DNA of 58,349 nucleotides from the NCBI GenBank assembly GCA_003522725.1, contig DPIG01000055.1, forward strand, positions 1-58,349, written 5' to 3'. Origin of the DNA: Candidatus Omnitrophota bacterium. Lineage in GTDB: Bacteria > Omnitrophota > Gorgyraeia > Zapsychrales > Zapsychraceae. The notes under the pieces were generated by a model, which did no database searches, was not told the DNA's origin, and saw nothing but the letters and a program-made list of their open reading frames with translations. The translations under genes and the position numbers were made by a program. Positions 1 to 8,476 of the stretch are shown here, piece after piece (position 1 is the stretch's first letter; the number at the start of each line of letters is the position of its first letter).

Positions 1-63
1 GTATTTTCTGCTCTGATTAGTAATTGAGTTGCTAACTCAATAAACCCAACGAACCCAAAAAAC

Positions 64-717
64 TCAAAGAACCAAATTAAATTCTTTCCTAAAATACTCT
101 ACCAACCGTTTCTTAACCTCATCCATCTCCACCGCTTCGCCCTTAATCCGGGCCATTGAAGTCATGCGCACATCCAGGCCGCATGGCTTGACGAGATCAA
201 ACAGTTTTAAATCCGTATTAACGTTGATACCCAACCCATGGTATGTCACCCACTTGCGCACACCGATTCCGAGCGAAACAAGCTTATCCGTCCCCACAAA
301 AACGCCTGTTTTCCCGGAAATTCTATTAGCCACTATACCAAAACTCTTCAATAAAGCAATGGTAACTTGTTCCAGCTTATGCATATAGAGCCGTAAGTCA
401 CGGTTACTCTGCGCGAGGTTGAGGATCGAATAAACCACCAGCTGTCCGGGCGCGTGAAGGGTCACGTCCCCCCCGCGGTCAATGGGGACAACGCGGATGC
501 CCTGACGGCTGATCGCCTCCAGGTCCAGGATGTTCGCCTCTTGCGCCAGCCGGCCGAGCGTGATCACGGCCGGATGCTCGCATAAAAACAAAACTTGCGC
601 CCCGCCTGCCAACACCCGCGCCACGCATTCTTTCTGAATTCCGTACGCGGCGGTGTAGTCAATCAACCCCAAGTCCCGAACTTCGCAAACGCTTTGATGT
701 TCAATATTAGATAGCAT
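64..717 (-). CDS. lipB: Octanoyltransferase (lipoyl(octanoyl) transferase) LipB
   Basis: 217-aa ORF with ATG at 717. LipB-like blocks LGLIDY, HPAVITLGR, PIDRGGDVTLHAPGQLVVY and KPCGL are present. Confidence 0.85.
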   Translation of the reverse strand: MLSNIEHQSVCEVRDLGLIDYTAAYGIQKECVARVLAGGAQVLFLCEHPAVITLGRLAQEANILDLEAISRQGIRVVPIDRGGDVTLHAPGQLVVYSILNLAQSNRDLRLYMHKLEQVTIALLKSFGIVANRISGKTGVFVGTDKLVSLGIGVRKWVTYHGLGINVNTDLKLFDLVKPCGLDVRMTSMARIKGEAVEMDEVKKRLVEYFRKEFNLVL

Positions 718-741
718 AGATTATTGAAATTGGCCTTTCAC

Positions 742-1485
742 CTACAAACTATCCCCTGAACCCTGCCCCCTGTCCCCTAGTTGTAATTTCCTCACTGTCC
801 GACGGGGGACCGCGCCCGGATAAAGCTCCTGCACCGGGTCCGACTGCCAGTACTCTTTTGTCTGGACGTCCATGATGGTCAACTTGCCCGCCCAGCCTGC
901 GCCGGTGTCCATGTCCCAGACATTGCATACCTTTAAAGGCCTGGACAAATTAAATAACTGGGTAGGCGTGTGACCCAGGAAAATTTCTTTAAACTGCGTG
1001 TAACAATGATCTTCACCACGCAAATATTTCTTCCACGCGTCATTGATCAGATTCCGGTCCCAGATCAGTGTTTCCAGACTTTGCCCGGACAAAGATTTCA
1101 CGGGATCAAATCCGCCATGAACAAATAACCTGTTGTCCCATTCCAGATAAGGGTGGGCATTTTGCAATAATTCCACGTGCGCTGGCGGCATCCCCTCGTC
1201 GGCGTAAGAGGCGACCGTGTTGTCTCCCCCCTGGCTTAACCACACATCTTCTTTAATCCCGCGGGTCGCCCACTCCCGCGCCCAGAAATCGTGATTGCCG
1301 AGGATAAGATCAAGATTCTTTATTTTAAGCAATTCATCGAAGCATTGTTTGACATCCAGGTATCCGTCGCAGACATCGCCTAAAGCGATGAGCCGGTCTC
1401 GCGCGTGGTCAAATCCCGATCGCTTCAGGCACTGCGCCAGCGCCTTATACGTCCCATGAATGTCACCAATGACAAAGGTTCGCAT
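742..1485 (-). CDS. Metallophosphoesterase (ApaH/PrpE-like Ser/Thr phosphatase family)
   Basis: Calcineurin-like motifs occur in order: GDIHG, GDVCDGY, GNHD, VHGG, GHT. I prefer ATG 1485 (MRTFVIGDIHG) over the ORF-track start 1539, which only adds a G-run-encoded low-complexity leader. Confidence 0.8.
   Translation of the reverse strand: MRTFVIGDIHGTYKALAQCLKRSGFDHARDRLIALGDVCDGYLDVKQCFDELLKIKNLDLILGNHDFWAREWATRGIKEDVWLSQGGDNTVASYADEGMPPAHVELLQNAHPYLEWDNRLFVHGGFDPVKSLSGQSLETLIWDRNLINDAWKKYLRGEDHCYTQFKEIFLGHTPTQLFNLSRPLKVCNVWDMDTGAGWAGKLTIMDVQTKEYWQSDPVQELYPGAVPRRTVRKLQLGDRGQGSGDSL
753..777 (-). repeat. Four-run G-quadruplex-type motif on the transcribed strand
   Basis: Minus strand reads GGGGACAGGGGGCAGGGTTCAGGGG (runs 4/5/3/4, loops 3/2/4). 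It lies in the last codons of the phosphoesterase ORF, 36 nt upstream of the lipB ATG. Confidence 0.5.
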
Positions 1486-1486
1486 T

Positions 1487-1513
1487 CCCGGATCCCCTGA
1501 TCTCCCGATCCCC
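1487..1513 (-). repeat. Four-run G-quadruplex-type motif on the transcribed strand, overlapping an 11-nt direct repeat
   Basis: Minus strand reads GGGGATCGGGAGATCAGGGGATCCGGG and ends 1 nt before ATG 1485. ATCAGGGGATC occurs twice in this spacer, at about 1492-1518; the upstream copy starts just outside the motif. Confidence 0.5.
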
Positions 1514-1528
1514 TGATATCCTGAAACT

Positions 1529-2959
1529 TTATATCCCAACTCTCACACGGTACGTCACCTTCACCTCGCCGTCTTTCGGGACGTCAACGTCAAAGCGCAG
1601 CGTAAAGGCATCGAGCTTTTTCGAAGGATGGCTTTGTTCCACGATCTGCCAGTTACCCTGCAAAGGTTCGATGATCCCGACGCGGACCGGTTCTTCTTTG
1701 TGATTGCGCAACGTCACTTCCCACGCGCTTTCATACATCCGGGTCGTCAGCTGTTTGAAATCCGTCTGCCGGCGCTCGGCCACCACGTCAAAGGCCTCGC
1801 CGACCTTGACCTTGACCTCCTCATCCTTGGGCGTATGTTCAATGTTGTCCTCGCCGACGAATTGTAGGCTCCCTTTGTCGTCCTCTTTATAAAGACGCAG
1901 GACCCCGGCCGGAAGCGGCATCCCCAGCTGGTTTTCTTTAGAATTCTTGAACTTCACATACACGGAAACTTTCTGCTTGGGATTCTGGTCACGGTAATGC
2001 TGCGTGAAATAATATTGCTGACCGTAAACCAGCAGTTCTTTTTCAACCTTGATGCCGGAGGCCTCCAGCAAGCTGATCTGCTTGGTTTGTTTGTCCTTGA
2101 TAGTGGTGCGACGCTGCAGATCGTAAATATGGTATTCAAAAAACGCCTGTTCGGCGAATTGGGATCCCCCTAACGCCTCCATCATCATCGGCGCCTTCGC
2201 CCGAACCATGCTATCCATCGATCGATCCGCCACCCGCTGAACCTCGCCAGCGACCAATTTGAGCTTGGCGTTTTTGTACGTTGCCCCGCTCTTATTATCC
2301 ACCGTCACCCACCCCGAAAGGTCCCCGCCGGTGTCGTCCTTATTTAAAACAAACACGTAATCGGCCTTCCAGCCGATATTGTTCGTCAGATAGGAAACCT
2401 CCAGTTGATGCGCGTCGCTGGATTTATTGGTATAGCGCCACATCAGCGTGGGCTTGGCGATCAGGTTCTCGGGAATTTCCGGCAAGACCTTGTAGCCCGG
2501 GTAACCCAAATAGATCTCGTCATTAATTTTGAAAACGGGATTGCCGTTGTTATTGCTGATGAGAGTGCCTTCGACGGTTTCCTTGCGGTCCTGATACTGG
2601 TTCCAATCCACGAGTTTGACCTTTTTGTCCACGAACTTATCCATCAGCTTGTTGTAGTCCATCAGGTCGTATTCGTAATTCTGCTCCAGCACCTGGAACT
2701 GCTCCGGGGCATTGAGCGACTTGGCGTGCACGGTCACCGGCATAATATAGGCGGCCACGTCCATAAAACGCAACTCCCCTTCACCGGCTGGAAGCTGAAT
2801 GTCGCGCGTGTCCTTGACCAGACCGAGATTGTTGTTGTAAACGGTCACCTCGACGTTGGTCTGGCCGGATTGCGCGCTCTGGGTTGTCTGCGCCGCCGTC
2901 GCTGCGGGAACCCAGCCCATCAGCGCGATTAAAATCAAAATGCTTGTCCTTTTGTTCAT
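1529..2959 (-). CDS. Secreted DUF4139/DUF4140-like protein of unknown function
   Basis: 476-aa ORF with ATG and an AAGGAAA Shine-Dalgarno (SD) sequence. Signal peptide MNKRTSILILIALMGWVPAATAAQ. The beta-rich sequence starting VTVYNNNLGLVKD resembles the DUF4139 family from memory. Confidence 0.65.
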   Translation of the reverse strand: MNKRTSILILIALMGWVPAATAAQTTQSAQSGQTNVEVTVYNNNLGLVKDTRDIQLPAGEGELRFMDVAAYIMPVTVHAKSLNAPEQFQVLEQNYEYDLMDYNKLMDKFVDKKVKLVDWNQYQDRKETVEGTLISNNNGNPVFKINDEIYLGYPGYKVLPEIPENLIAKPTLMWRYTNKSSDAHQLEVSYLTNNIGWKADYVFVLNKDDTGGDLSGWVTVDNKSGATYKNAKLKLVAGEVQRVADRSMDSMVRAKAPMMMEALGGSQFAEQAFFEYHIYDLQRRTTIKDKQTKQISLLEASGIKVEKELLVYGQQYYFTQHYRDQNPKQKVSVYVKFKNSKENQLGMPLPAGVLRLYKEDDKGSLQFVGEDNIEHTPKDEEVKVKVGEAFDVVAERRQTDFKQLTTRMYESAWEVTLRNHKEEPVRVGIIEPLQGNWQIVEQSHPSKKLDAFTLRFDVDVPKDGEVKVTYRVRVGI

Positions 2960-2985
2960 GCGATTTCCTTTCTTTTATAATCCAT

Positions 2986-3010
2986 CCCCTAACCCCTATT
3001 CCCTTTACCC
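2986..3010 (-). repeat. Four-run G-quadruplex-type motif on the transcribed strand
   Basis: Minus strand reads GGGTAAAGGGAATAGGGGTTAGGGG (loops 4/4/3). It sits in the 53-nt spacer between the TPR gene stop (3013) and the DUF4139 ATG (2959). Confidence 0.5.
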
Positions 3011-3012
3011 TG

Positions 3013-4692
3013 TTACAAATCTTCCAGTTTCTTGCGCGCCCGGGCGTCGTAAGGATTCAGCTCCAGCACCTTTTCAAAATCCGCTTTGGCGCCGTCGGTG
3101 TCGCCTCTTTGAATAAGCGTCAGCCCCCGGTAATAATACGCGTTGGCATAGCGGGGATTCAATTCAATGGCCCGCGTATAATCAGCGACCGCTTTTTCGT
3201 AATCGCCTTTACCATCCCAGGCCTTGCCGCGGTTGATGAACGCGAACGCGTATTTGGGTTTGAGCCCTATCGCCTTGTCGCAATCCGTGATCGCTTTATC
3301 AAACTCTCCCTGGAGCGCGTACACGTCGCAGCGGCCATTATAAGCCGTGGGAGATTTGGGGTCGGATTCAATGGCTTTGGTGTATTCGGCCAGCGCGCGC
3401 GCGTACTCGCCCATTTCGGAATAAGCGTTGCCGAGCCCGGTGAGCGCCTTGGCATTTTTGGGGTCCTTCGCGGCCGCCGCGTTAAATTCCGGCAAACGCC
3501 GGCCCCACTCGCCCAGATGAGCGTAAACATTCTCAATCTTAGTCACCGTAAATTTCTTCTCAGCCAATTTTCTCCCGCCATCCCGCAATTGCAGGGTCCA
3601 CGCACCTGGCGCAATCTCCCATTCCCTCGTAAAGACCCAGCTGACCATCTCTGTTTCGCCGGGACGGACACTCAACGGCGTCTCGTGCGTGGTGGTGATC
3701 TCCCGTGTGAGCGCGTTGGCCATCGGTGGATGAAGATACCGCGCCGTCAAGAAAAGTGGATCCTTGCCCTTGACCGTAAAAACAAATCCGAAGGCCGTGC
3801 CGAGCGTGCCCGGCACCGTATCTTTCTCTGCCACGAATTTCCGGGTGCGCAGATACCGGCTGTTATTTCCAAGCGTGTACCCGCCTTCTTGCGCAATGAC
3901 TTCTTTTCTCACAACCCCGGCATAAACAACCTCGATCGGCAAATCCTCTGAAGAAATGGAAACAACGTCTTGCGGCTGCTTTTTCGCGGAAGCCGTCTCT
4001 TCGGGTTCTGCAATATCAAAGAGCTTGTCCGGGAACTGGTTATTGACCGCGATGTCACGCCACTCGGCGGCAAAAGAGGCCTGGCCGTCCTCGTAGAACA
4101 CGGACTTCAAAATACGCCAGTCGGCGATGCGGATGACGTACGCATACTCTTCCCCGGTGCCTTTGGGCTTAAACGTGAGGATATACGTGGGTCCACCCGC
4201 GGCGGCGTCATCGCGCAGGATCGTGTACGGGGTATTCTTCGCCATATATTTCTTCAGGTTCGCGACAATGCGTTCCTGGCTCGGCCACACCGGCCAGGTG
4301 TCTGGGGGGAGTTTCTGGCGCGCCGTCTGGCCCGTTGAATAGGCGTACTGGTAGCTGAACCATTCCTGACCTTCTTTGCGGATAATGATCTTGTAATCTC
4401 CGGCAACGATCTTCATCTTGTCGGGCTTTTTGATCCACACGGACATCCGGGCCTCTTCCGGCAAGGTAGCGCTGCCGGCTTGCTGCGCGGCCGTGTTTAA
4501 TTTTTCAATACTGGAACCCTTGGCCGCGGCGGTGACAAAAACAAACGTCATGTCCTTAACAGATTGCTGCGCCCGGTCCATGTTCCACAAAAGGTCCCGC
4601 AACAGGATATCCCCCCCGCCCTGCGCCGCCGCGGACGTGGCGTACAACATCGCAACGAAGACAAGGATACGCCATAATATCTTAATGACCAT
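3013..4692 (-). CDS. Secreted TPR-repeat protein with an uncharacterised N-terminal half
   Basis: Signal peptide VIKILWRILVFVAMLYATSAAAQ. The C-terminal ~170 aa hold 4-5 TPR units (GLGNAYSEMGEYARALAEYTKAIE, AYNGRCDVYALQGEFDKAITDCDKAI, AFINRGKAWDGKGDYEKAVADYTRAIE, AYYYRGLTLIQRGDTDGAKADFEKVLE). ATG 4692 has a GAGG SD; the ORF-track start 4713 is TTG. Confidence 0.8.
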   Translation of the reverse strand: MVIKILWRILVFVAMLYATSAAAQGGGDILLRDLLWNMDRAQQSVKDMTFVFVTAAAKGSSIEKLNTAAQQAGSATLPEEARMSVWIKKPDKMKIVAGDYKIIIRKEGQEWFSYQYAYSTGQTARQKLPPDTWPVWPSQERIVANLKKYMAKNTPYTILRDDAAAGGPTYILTFKPKGTGEEYAYVIRIADWRILKSVFYEDGQASFAAEWRDIAVNNQFPDKLFDIAEPEETASAKKQPQDVVSISSEDLPIEVVYAGVVRKEVIAQEGGYTLGNNSRYLRTRKFVAEKDTVPGTLGTAFGFVFTVKGKDPLFLTARYLHPPMANALTREITTTHETPLSVRPGETEMVSWVFTREWEIAPGAWTLQLRDGGRKLAEKKFTVTKIENVYAHLGEWGRRLPEFNAAAAKDPKNAKALTGLGNAYSEMGEYARALAEYTKAIESDPKSPTAYNGRCDVYALQGEFDKAITDCDKAIGLKPKYAFAFINRGKAWDGKGDYEKAVADYTRAIELNPRYANAYYYRGLTLIQRGDTDGAKADFEKVLELNPYDARARKKLEDL

Positions 4693-4716
4693 AACAACCT
4701 CTTCGGAGGGCAAAGT

Positions 4717-4846
4717 CCCGACACCCTCCCTTGGGGTATCGGGCTTCTACGCCTGTATGCTCACCCCAGCTGATTCATCCCGAAGATCTTGATAGTTCGG
4801 GATGAATCAAGCGCTGGGGGTTATTCGCCACCGCTGCGGCGAATAA
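4717..4846 (-). other. Three consecutive stem-loops in the 5' leader of the TPR gene
   Basis: Hairpin 4821-4846 has a perfect 9-bp stem. Hairpin 4764-4819 has 7+14 bp with a 3-nt bulge and an 11-nt loop. Hairpin 4717-4743 has 9 bp, including one G-U when read as minus-strand RNA. Confidence 0.6.
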
Positions 4847-4878
4847 AAAACCCCCGTTCCCTGGCGGGAAAACGGGGT
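4844..4878 (-). terminator. Rho-independent terminator after the ICDH-family gene
   Basis: Minus strand reads CCCCGTTTTCCCGCCAGGGAACGGGG followed by TTTTTTATT. It begins about 30 nt downstream of the stop at 4909. Confidence 0.8.
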
Positions 4879-4908
4879 TAAGTTTCCCATAATTATGCGT
4901 TCATGCGA

Positions 4909-6114
4909 TTACTTAACGTTAAAGACTTCACTTTCCCACCGCGACTTGAGTTTAGGGTTATCGACCCAGGACAAAATGTATTTTGTATATTCCCCGCCGG
5001 TAGCACCCGTGTCGCGTCCGGTGATTGTTACTTTTTTCTCAAATTGACCGCAAACTTCGAGCGCCATCTCGACGTCCTGGGCCTTTTGCGGATACCCGAT
5101 ATGCCGCAAGAGCATCGCGCAGGCGCGGATCATCGAAGACGGATCGGCGTATTGGGCGCGGCCTTCTTTGACCATGCGCGGCGCGCTGCCGTGGATCGCC
5201 TCGAACATCGCCCAGCGCGTGCCGATATTGGCACTCCCTGCGGTGCCCACCCCGCCCTGCAATTGCGCCGCTTCATCGGTGAGAATGTCCCCATAAAGAT
5301 TCGGCATGACCATGACCTTAAAATCCTTGCGCCGGGCAGGGTCAATGAGTTTTGCCGTCATGATGTCAATATACCACTCGTCGCACTCGATAGCGGGATA
5401 GTCTTTGGCGATACGTTTGGCCGCGCGCGAAAATCGTCCGTCGGTTGTCTTGATGACATTGGATTTGGTGATGACCGTCACGCGGTCGATATTGTTTTTC
5501 CTGGCGTAATCAAAGGCCATGCGGATGATGCGCTCGGAGCCTTGCTCCGTCGCGACCGTAAAATCAACACTTAAATCTTCACCGACGTCGAATCCTTTGG
5601 AACCAAGGATATACGCGCCTTCGGTGTTTTCCCGGAAGAAACACCAGTCGACACCTTCACGCGGGATCTTCACCGGCCGGACGTTGGCAAAAAGATCCAG
5701 CGCGCGGCGCATCGCCACATTGGCGCTTTCGATGTTCGGCCACGGGTCGCCGGCCTGCGGGGTCGTCGTGGGACCTTTTAAAATAATATGGCAAGCTTTA
5801 AGCTCTTCTAAAATATCGTCGGGGATAGCCTTCTTGTGCTTGACCCTGTTCTCGATCGTCAGCCCCTTGATCTCTTTAAATGCGATCTTGCCCCTCTTGA
5901 CTTCTTCTTTCAAGGCATGCGTGAGGACTTCCTGGGCGTTTCTAGAAATAAATTCGCCGATACCGTCACCCCAGCAAATACCGATGATGACAGGCGACAA
6001 TTTCGCGTAATCGATAAAAGCGCCGGATTTCTTCATCTCTTCGACACGTTTAAGCTGTTCTTCAACAACGGCGCCGAATTTCTTTTGCGCTGCTTCAATC
6101 GATGCCTTGGTCAT
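4909..6114 (-). CDS. Isocitrate/isopropylmalate dehydrogenase family protein
   Basis: Family blocks GDGIGEF, ENTEGAY, NLYGDILTDEAAQLQGG and EAIHGSAP. ATG 6114 (MTKASIE) has a GGAAAGG SD and lies 19 nt after the pilT stop; the ORF-track start 6180 would overlap pilT. Confidence 0.8.
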   Translation of the reverse strand: MTKASIEAAQKKFGAVVEEQLKRVEEMKKSGAFIDYAKLSPVIIGICWGDGIGEFISRNAQEVLTHALKEEVKRGKIAFKEIKGLTIENRVKHKKAIPDDILEELKACHIILKGPTTTPQAGDPWPNIESANVAMRRALDLFANVRPVKIPREGVDWCFFRENTEGAYILGSKGFDVGEDLSVDFTVATEQGSERIIRMAFDYARKNNIDRVTVITKSNVIKTTDGRFSRAAKRIAKDYPAIECDEWYIDIMTAKLIDPARRKDFKVMVMPNLYGDILTDEAAQLQGGVGTAGSANIGTRWAMFEAIHGSAPRMVKEGRAQYADPSSMIRACAMLLRHIGYPQKAQDVEMALEVCGQFEKKVTITGRDTGATGGEYTKYILSWVDNPKLKSRWESEVFNVK

Positions 6115-6133
6115 GGAACCTTTCCGGAAAATA

Positions 6134-7204
6134 TTACTTCTTGGTTTTCTTGCGCTCCAACAAATGCTTGAATTCCTCAACGTTTTTGACCTGCGTCATC
6201 GCGTCTTCAAAGGTGATGATGCCCTGCTCAAAAAGGGTGCGCAGGCAGGCATCCATCGTATGCATGCCATACTGGCTGCCCGTCTGGATGGCGGTCGGAA
6301 TCTGCTCCACGGCCTTTTCGCGGATGAGGTTGCGGATGGCCGGTGTCGCCACCAGAACTTCGGTCACCAGGACACGGCCTTCTCCTTCAGCCCGGGGTAA
6401 AAGCCGCTGGCAGACAACCCCCTGAATGCACGCGGAAAGCTGCAGACGCACCTGTTGTTGCTGGTGCGCCGGAAAGACGTCAATAATGCGTTCGATCGTC
6501 TGCGCCGCGTCAGGAGTGTGCAACGTGGCCAAAACAAGGTGCCCGGTTTCCGCCGCGGTCAAAGTGGTACCGATCGTTTCCAGATCGCGCATCTCACCGA
6601 CCACGATCACGTCCGGGTCCTGGCGCAGACAACGTTTGAGCGCCTCGGCAAACGAATGCGTGTCGCTGTAGACCTCGCGCTGTTTGATAACGGCCTTTTT
6701 ATTTTTATGGACGTATTCAATCGGATCCTCGATCGCGACGATCATGCAGGAACGCTCACGATTGATGAGATCGATCATGGCAGCTAACGTCGTCGTTTTC
6801 CCCGATCCGGTCGGCCCCGTAACAAGGACAAGCCCGTCGGGCCGTCGCGCGAAATCGACAATAGCCTGCGGCAGCGCCAGATCTTCAATAGAAGGCACGT
6901 ACAACGGGATACGACGCAACGCCGCCTCCACGGAACCGCGCTGGATGTGGATATTGACGCGAAAGCGCTCCAGCCCTTCCAGGGCGAGCGAGAAATCCAG
7001 CTCGCGATCGCGTTCAAATTTTTCTTTTTGAGAGTCAGTTAAAATGCCGTAGATGGCTTTTTTAAGTTCATCCCGACTGACCGGCAGGTGGTTCATGGGG
7101 ATAAGCTTGCCGTCGATTCTTAAAATAGGAGGACTGCTCTCGGTCAAATGCAAATCGGAGGCGTTTTGACTGATCGTTACCTTAAGCAGTTCTTTGAGAT
7201 CCAC
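6134..7204 (-). CDS. pilT: Type IV pilus retraction ATPase PilT
   Basis: Walker A GPTGSGKTT, VGEMRD, His box TGHLVLATLHT and the PilT signature AIRNLIRE. GTG 7204 (VDLKELL) follows AGGAAGGAG with 6-nt spacing; the ORF-track start 7333 overlaps the aminotransferase. Confidence 0.9.
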   Translation of the reverse strand: MDLKELLKVTISQNASDLHLTESSPPILRIDGKLIPMNHLPVSRDELKKAIYGILTDSQKEKFERDRELDFSLALEGLERFRVNIHIQRGSVEAALRRIPLYVPSIEDLALPQAIVDFARRPDGLVLVTGPTGSGKTTTLAAMIDLINRERSCMIVAIEDPIEYVHKNKKAVIKQREVYSDTHSFAEALKRCLRQDPDVIVVGEMRDLETIGTTLTAAETGHLVLATLHTPDAAQTIERIIDVFPAHQQQQVRLQLSACIQGVVCQRLLPRAEGEGRVLVTEVLVATPAIRNLIREKAVEQIPTAIQTGSQYGMHTMDACLRTLFEQGIITFEDAMTQVKNVEEFKHLLERKKTKK

Positions 7205-7256
7205 GGAAAACTCCTTCCTGAATATGCGGGGCGTAAGCTTCTTGTGCCGGTAACCC

Positions 7257-8441
7257 TTACCGAGGCGCGTGCTGACGAATCCAGTCTTTGATGCGTTTGG
7301 TCCCCTCCCGGATTCTCTCCTGCGAAGTGGCAAAGCTCAAACGAATGAACCCCGGCGCCCCGAAACTGTCGCCGGGGATGACCGCCACTTTAACATCATC
7401 AAGGATCTGACGGGCGATCTGCTCGGAGGGCCCCAGCTTGGAGAAATCGCAAAACAGGTAAAACGCTCCCTGGGGCAAAACATAGCTGATCTGCGCAACA
7501 TCCTTTAATTCGGCGGCCATCAAGTTGCGGCGTTTGCGGAATTCCTCGCGCATGGCGAGAACACCCTCCTCGGGTTCGCGCAGCGCCTGCACCACCGCCG
7601 CCTGACTTATCGACGTCGGGTTCGACGTCGCGTGATCCTGGAATTTCTTAACATAATCCATGACGTCCTCGCGTCCTGCCGCGTAACCGATACGCCAACC
7701 CGTCATCGCGTAGGCCTTCGACACGCCGTTGACCGTGATCGTCAGATCAAAAATATCTTTGCCCAGCGCGCCGATAGAAGTGTACTCATCCGTGTCATAA
7801 ACAAGTTTCTCATAGATCTCATCGCTGATGACAAAAATGTTGTTCTTGACGCAAAATTCCGCGATGGGTTCGAGTTCTTTCCGGGAATACACCATCCCTG
7901 TCGGGTTCGAAGGGGAATTAAGGATTAAAATCTTTGTCTTGTTTCCGGCGTAACGACGCAGATCCGCGGGTGTGATTTTAAATCCCGCCTGCGCCGTGGC
8001 AGGGATAAATCTCGGCACCGCGCCAGCGGCTTTGACCATTTCGGGATAGCTGACCCAGTAGGGCGCGGGAACAAGCACCTCTTCGCCCTCATCGGCAAGG
8101 ATCTGGATAATATTGAAAATGGAATGCTTCGCGCCGCAGGAAACAACGATCTGCGACGGCTTGTATTCGAGGCGGTTGTCTTTCTTAAATTTCGCGGCGA
8201 TCGTTTCCCGCAATTCCAGCGTTCCGGAGGTGGGTGTGTATTTCGTCAGCCCTTTTTCGATGGCAGCGATGGCCGCGGCCTTGATGGATTTGGGCGTGTC
8301 AAAATCGGGTTCGCCTGCGGCGAAGTTCACGACGTCGTGCCCTTTGGCCTTTAGTTCATTGGCATTGGCCGTGATGGCGAGCGTGGTCGACCCGATGATA
8401 TCTTTGATGCGGCGGTTTATACTGACTGTCAAGGTGCCCAA
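7257..8441 (-). CDS. PLP-dependent class I aminotransferase (aspartate aminotransferase-like)
   Basis: NSPSNPTG and the PLP-lysine block SKAYAMTGWRIGY. TTG start at 8441 with an AAGGAAAG SD. Confidence 0.8.
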   Translation of the reverse strand: MGTLTVSINRRIKDIIGSTTLAITANANELKAKGHDVVNFAAGEPDFDTPKSIKAAAIAAIEKGLTKYTPTSGTLELRETIAAKFKKDNRLEYKPSQIVVSCGAKHSIFNIIQILADEGEEVLVPAPYWVSYPEMVKAAGAVPRFIPATAQAGFKITPADLRRYAGNKTKILILNSPSNPTGMVYSRKELEPIAEFCVKNNIFVISDEIYEKLVYDTDEYTSIGALGKDIFDLTITVNGVSKAYAMTGWRIGYAAGREDVMDYVKKFQDHATSNPTSISQAAVVQALREPEEGVLAMREEFRKRRNLMAAELKDVAQISYVLPQGAFYLFCDFSKLGPSEQIARQILDDVKVAVIPGDSFGAPGFIRLSFATSQERIREGTKRIKDWIRQHAPR

Positions 8442-8476
8442 TCGTACTTTCCTTAAGAAGATCGGATTGAACGAAA

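Noticed and set aside
23-41. 8-bp perfect hairpin (ATTGAGTT/AACTCAAT) downstream of the lipB stop, considered as a terminator.
   Set aside because: The stem is short and AT-rich, and no U-tract follows it on the minus strand. The window edge also prevents seeing the context, so there is not enough evidence to call a terminator.
6134-7333. ORF-track N-terminal extensions: pilT to 7333, ICDH to 6180, L14 to 18730, pilin to 54444, pilN to 52714, TPR to 4713, obg to 47898.
   Set aside because: The extended starts are non-ATG or overlap the upstream gene, and they add non-conserved residues ahead of canonical N-termini. Internal starts with proper SD sequences were verified by hand.
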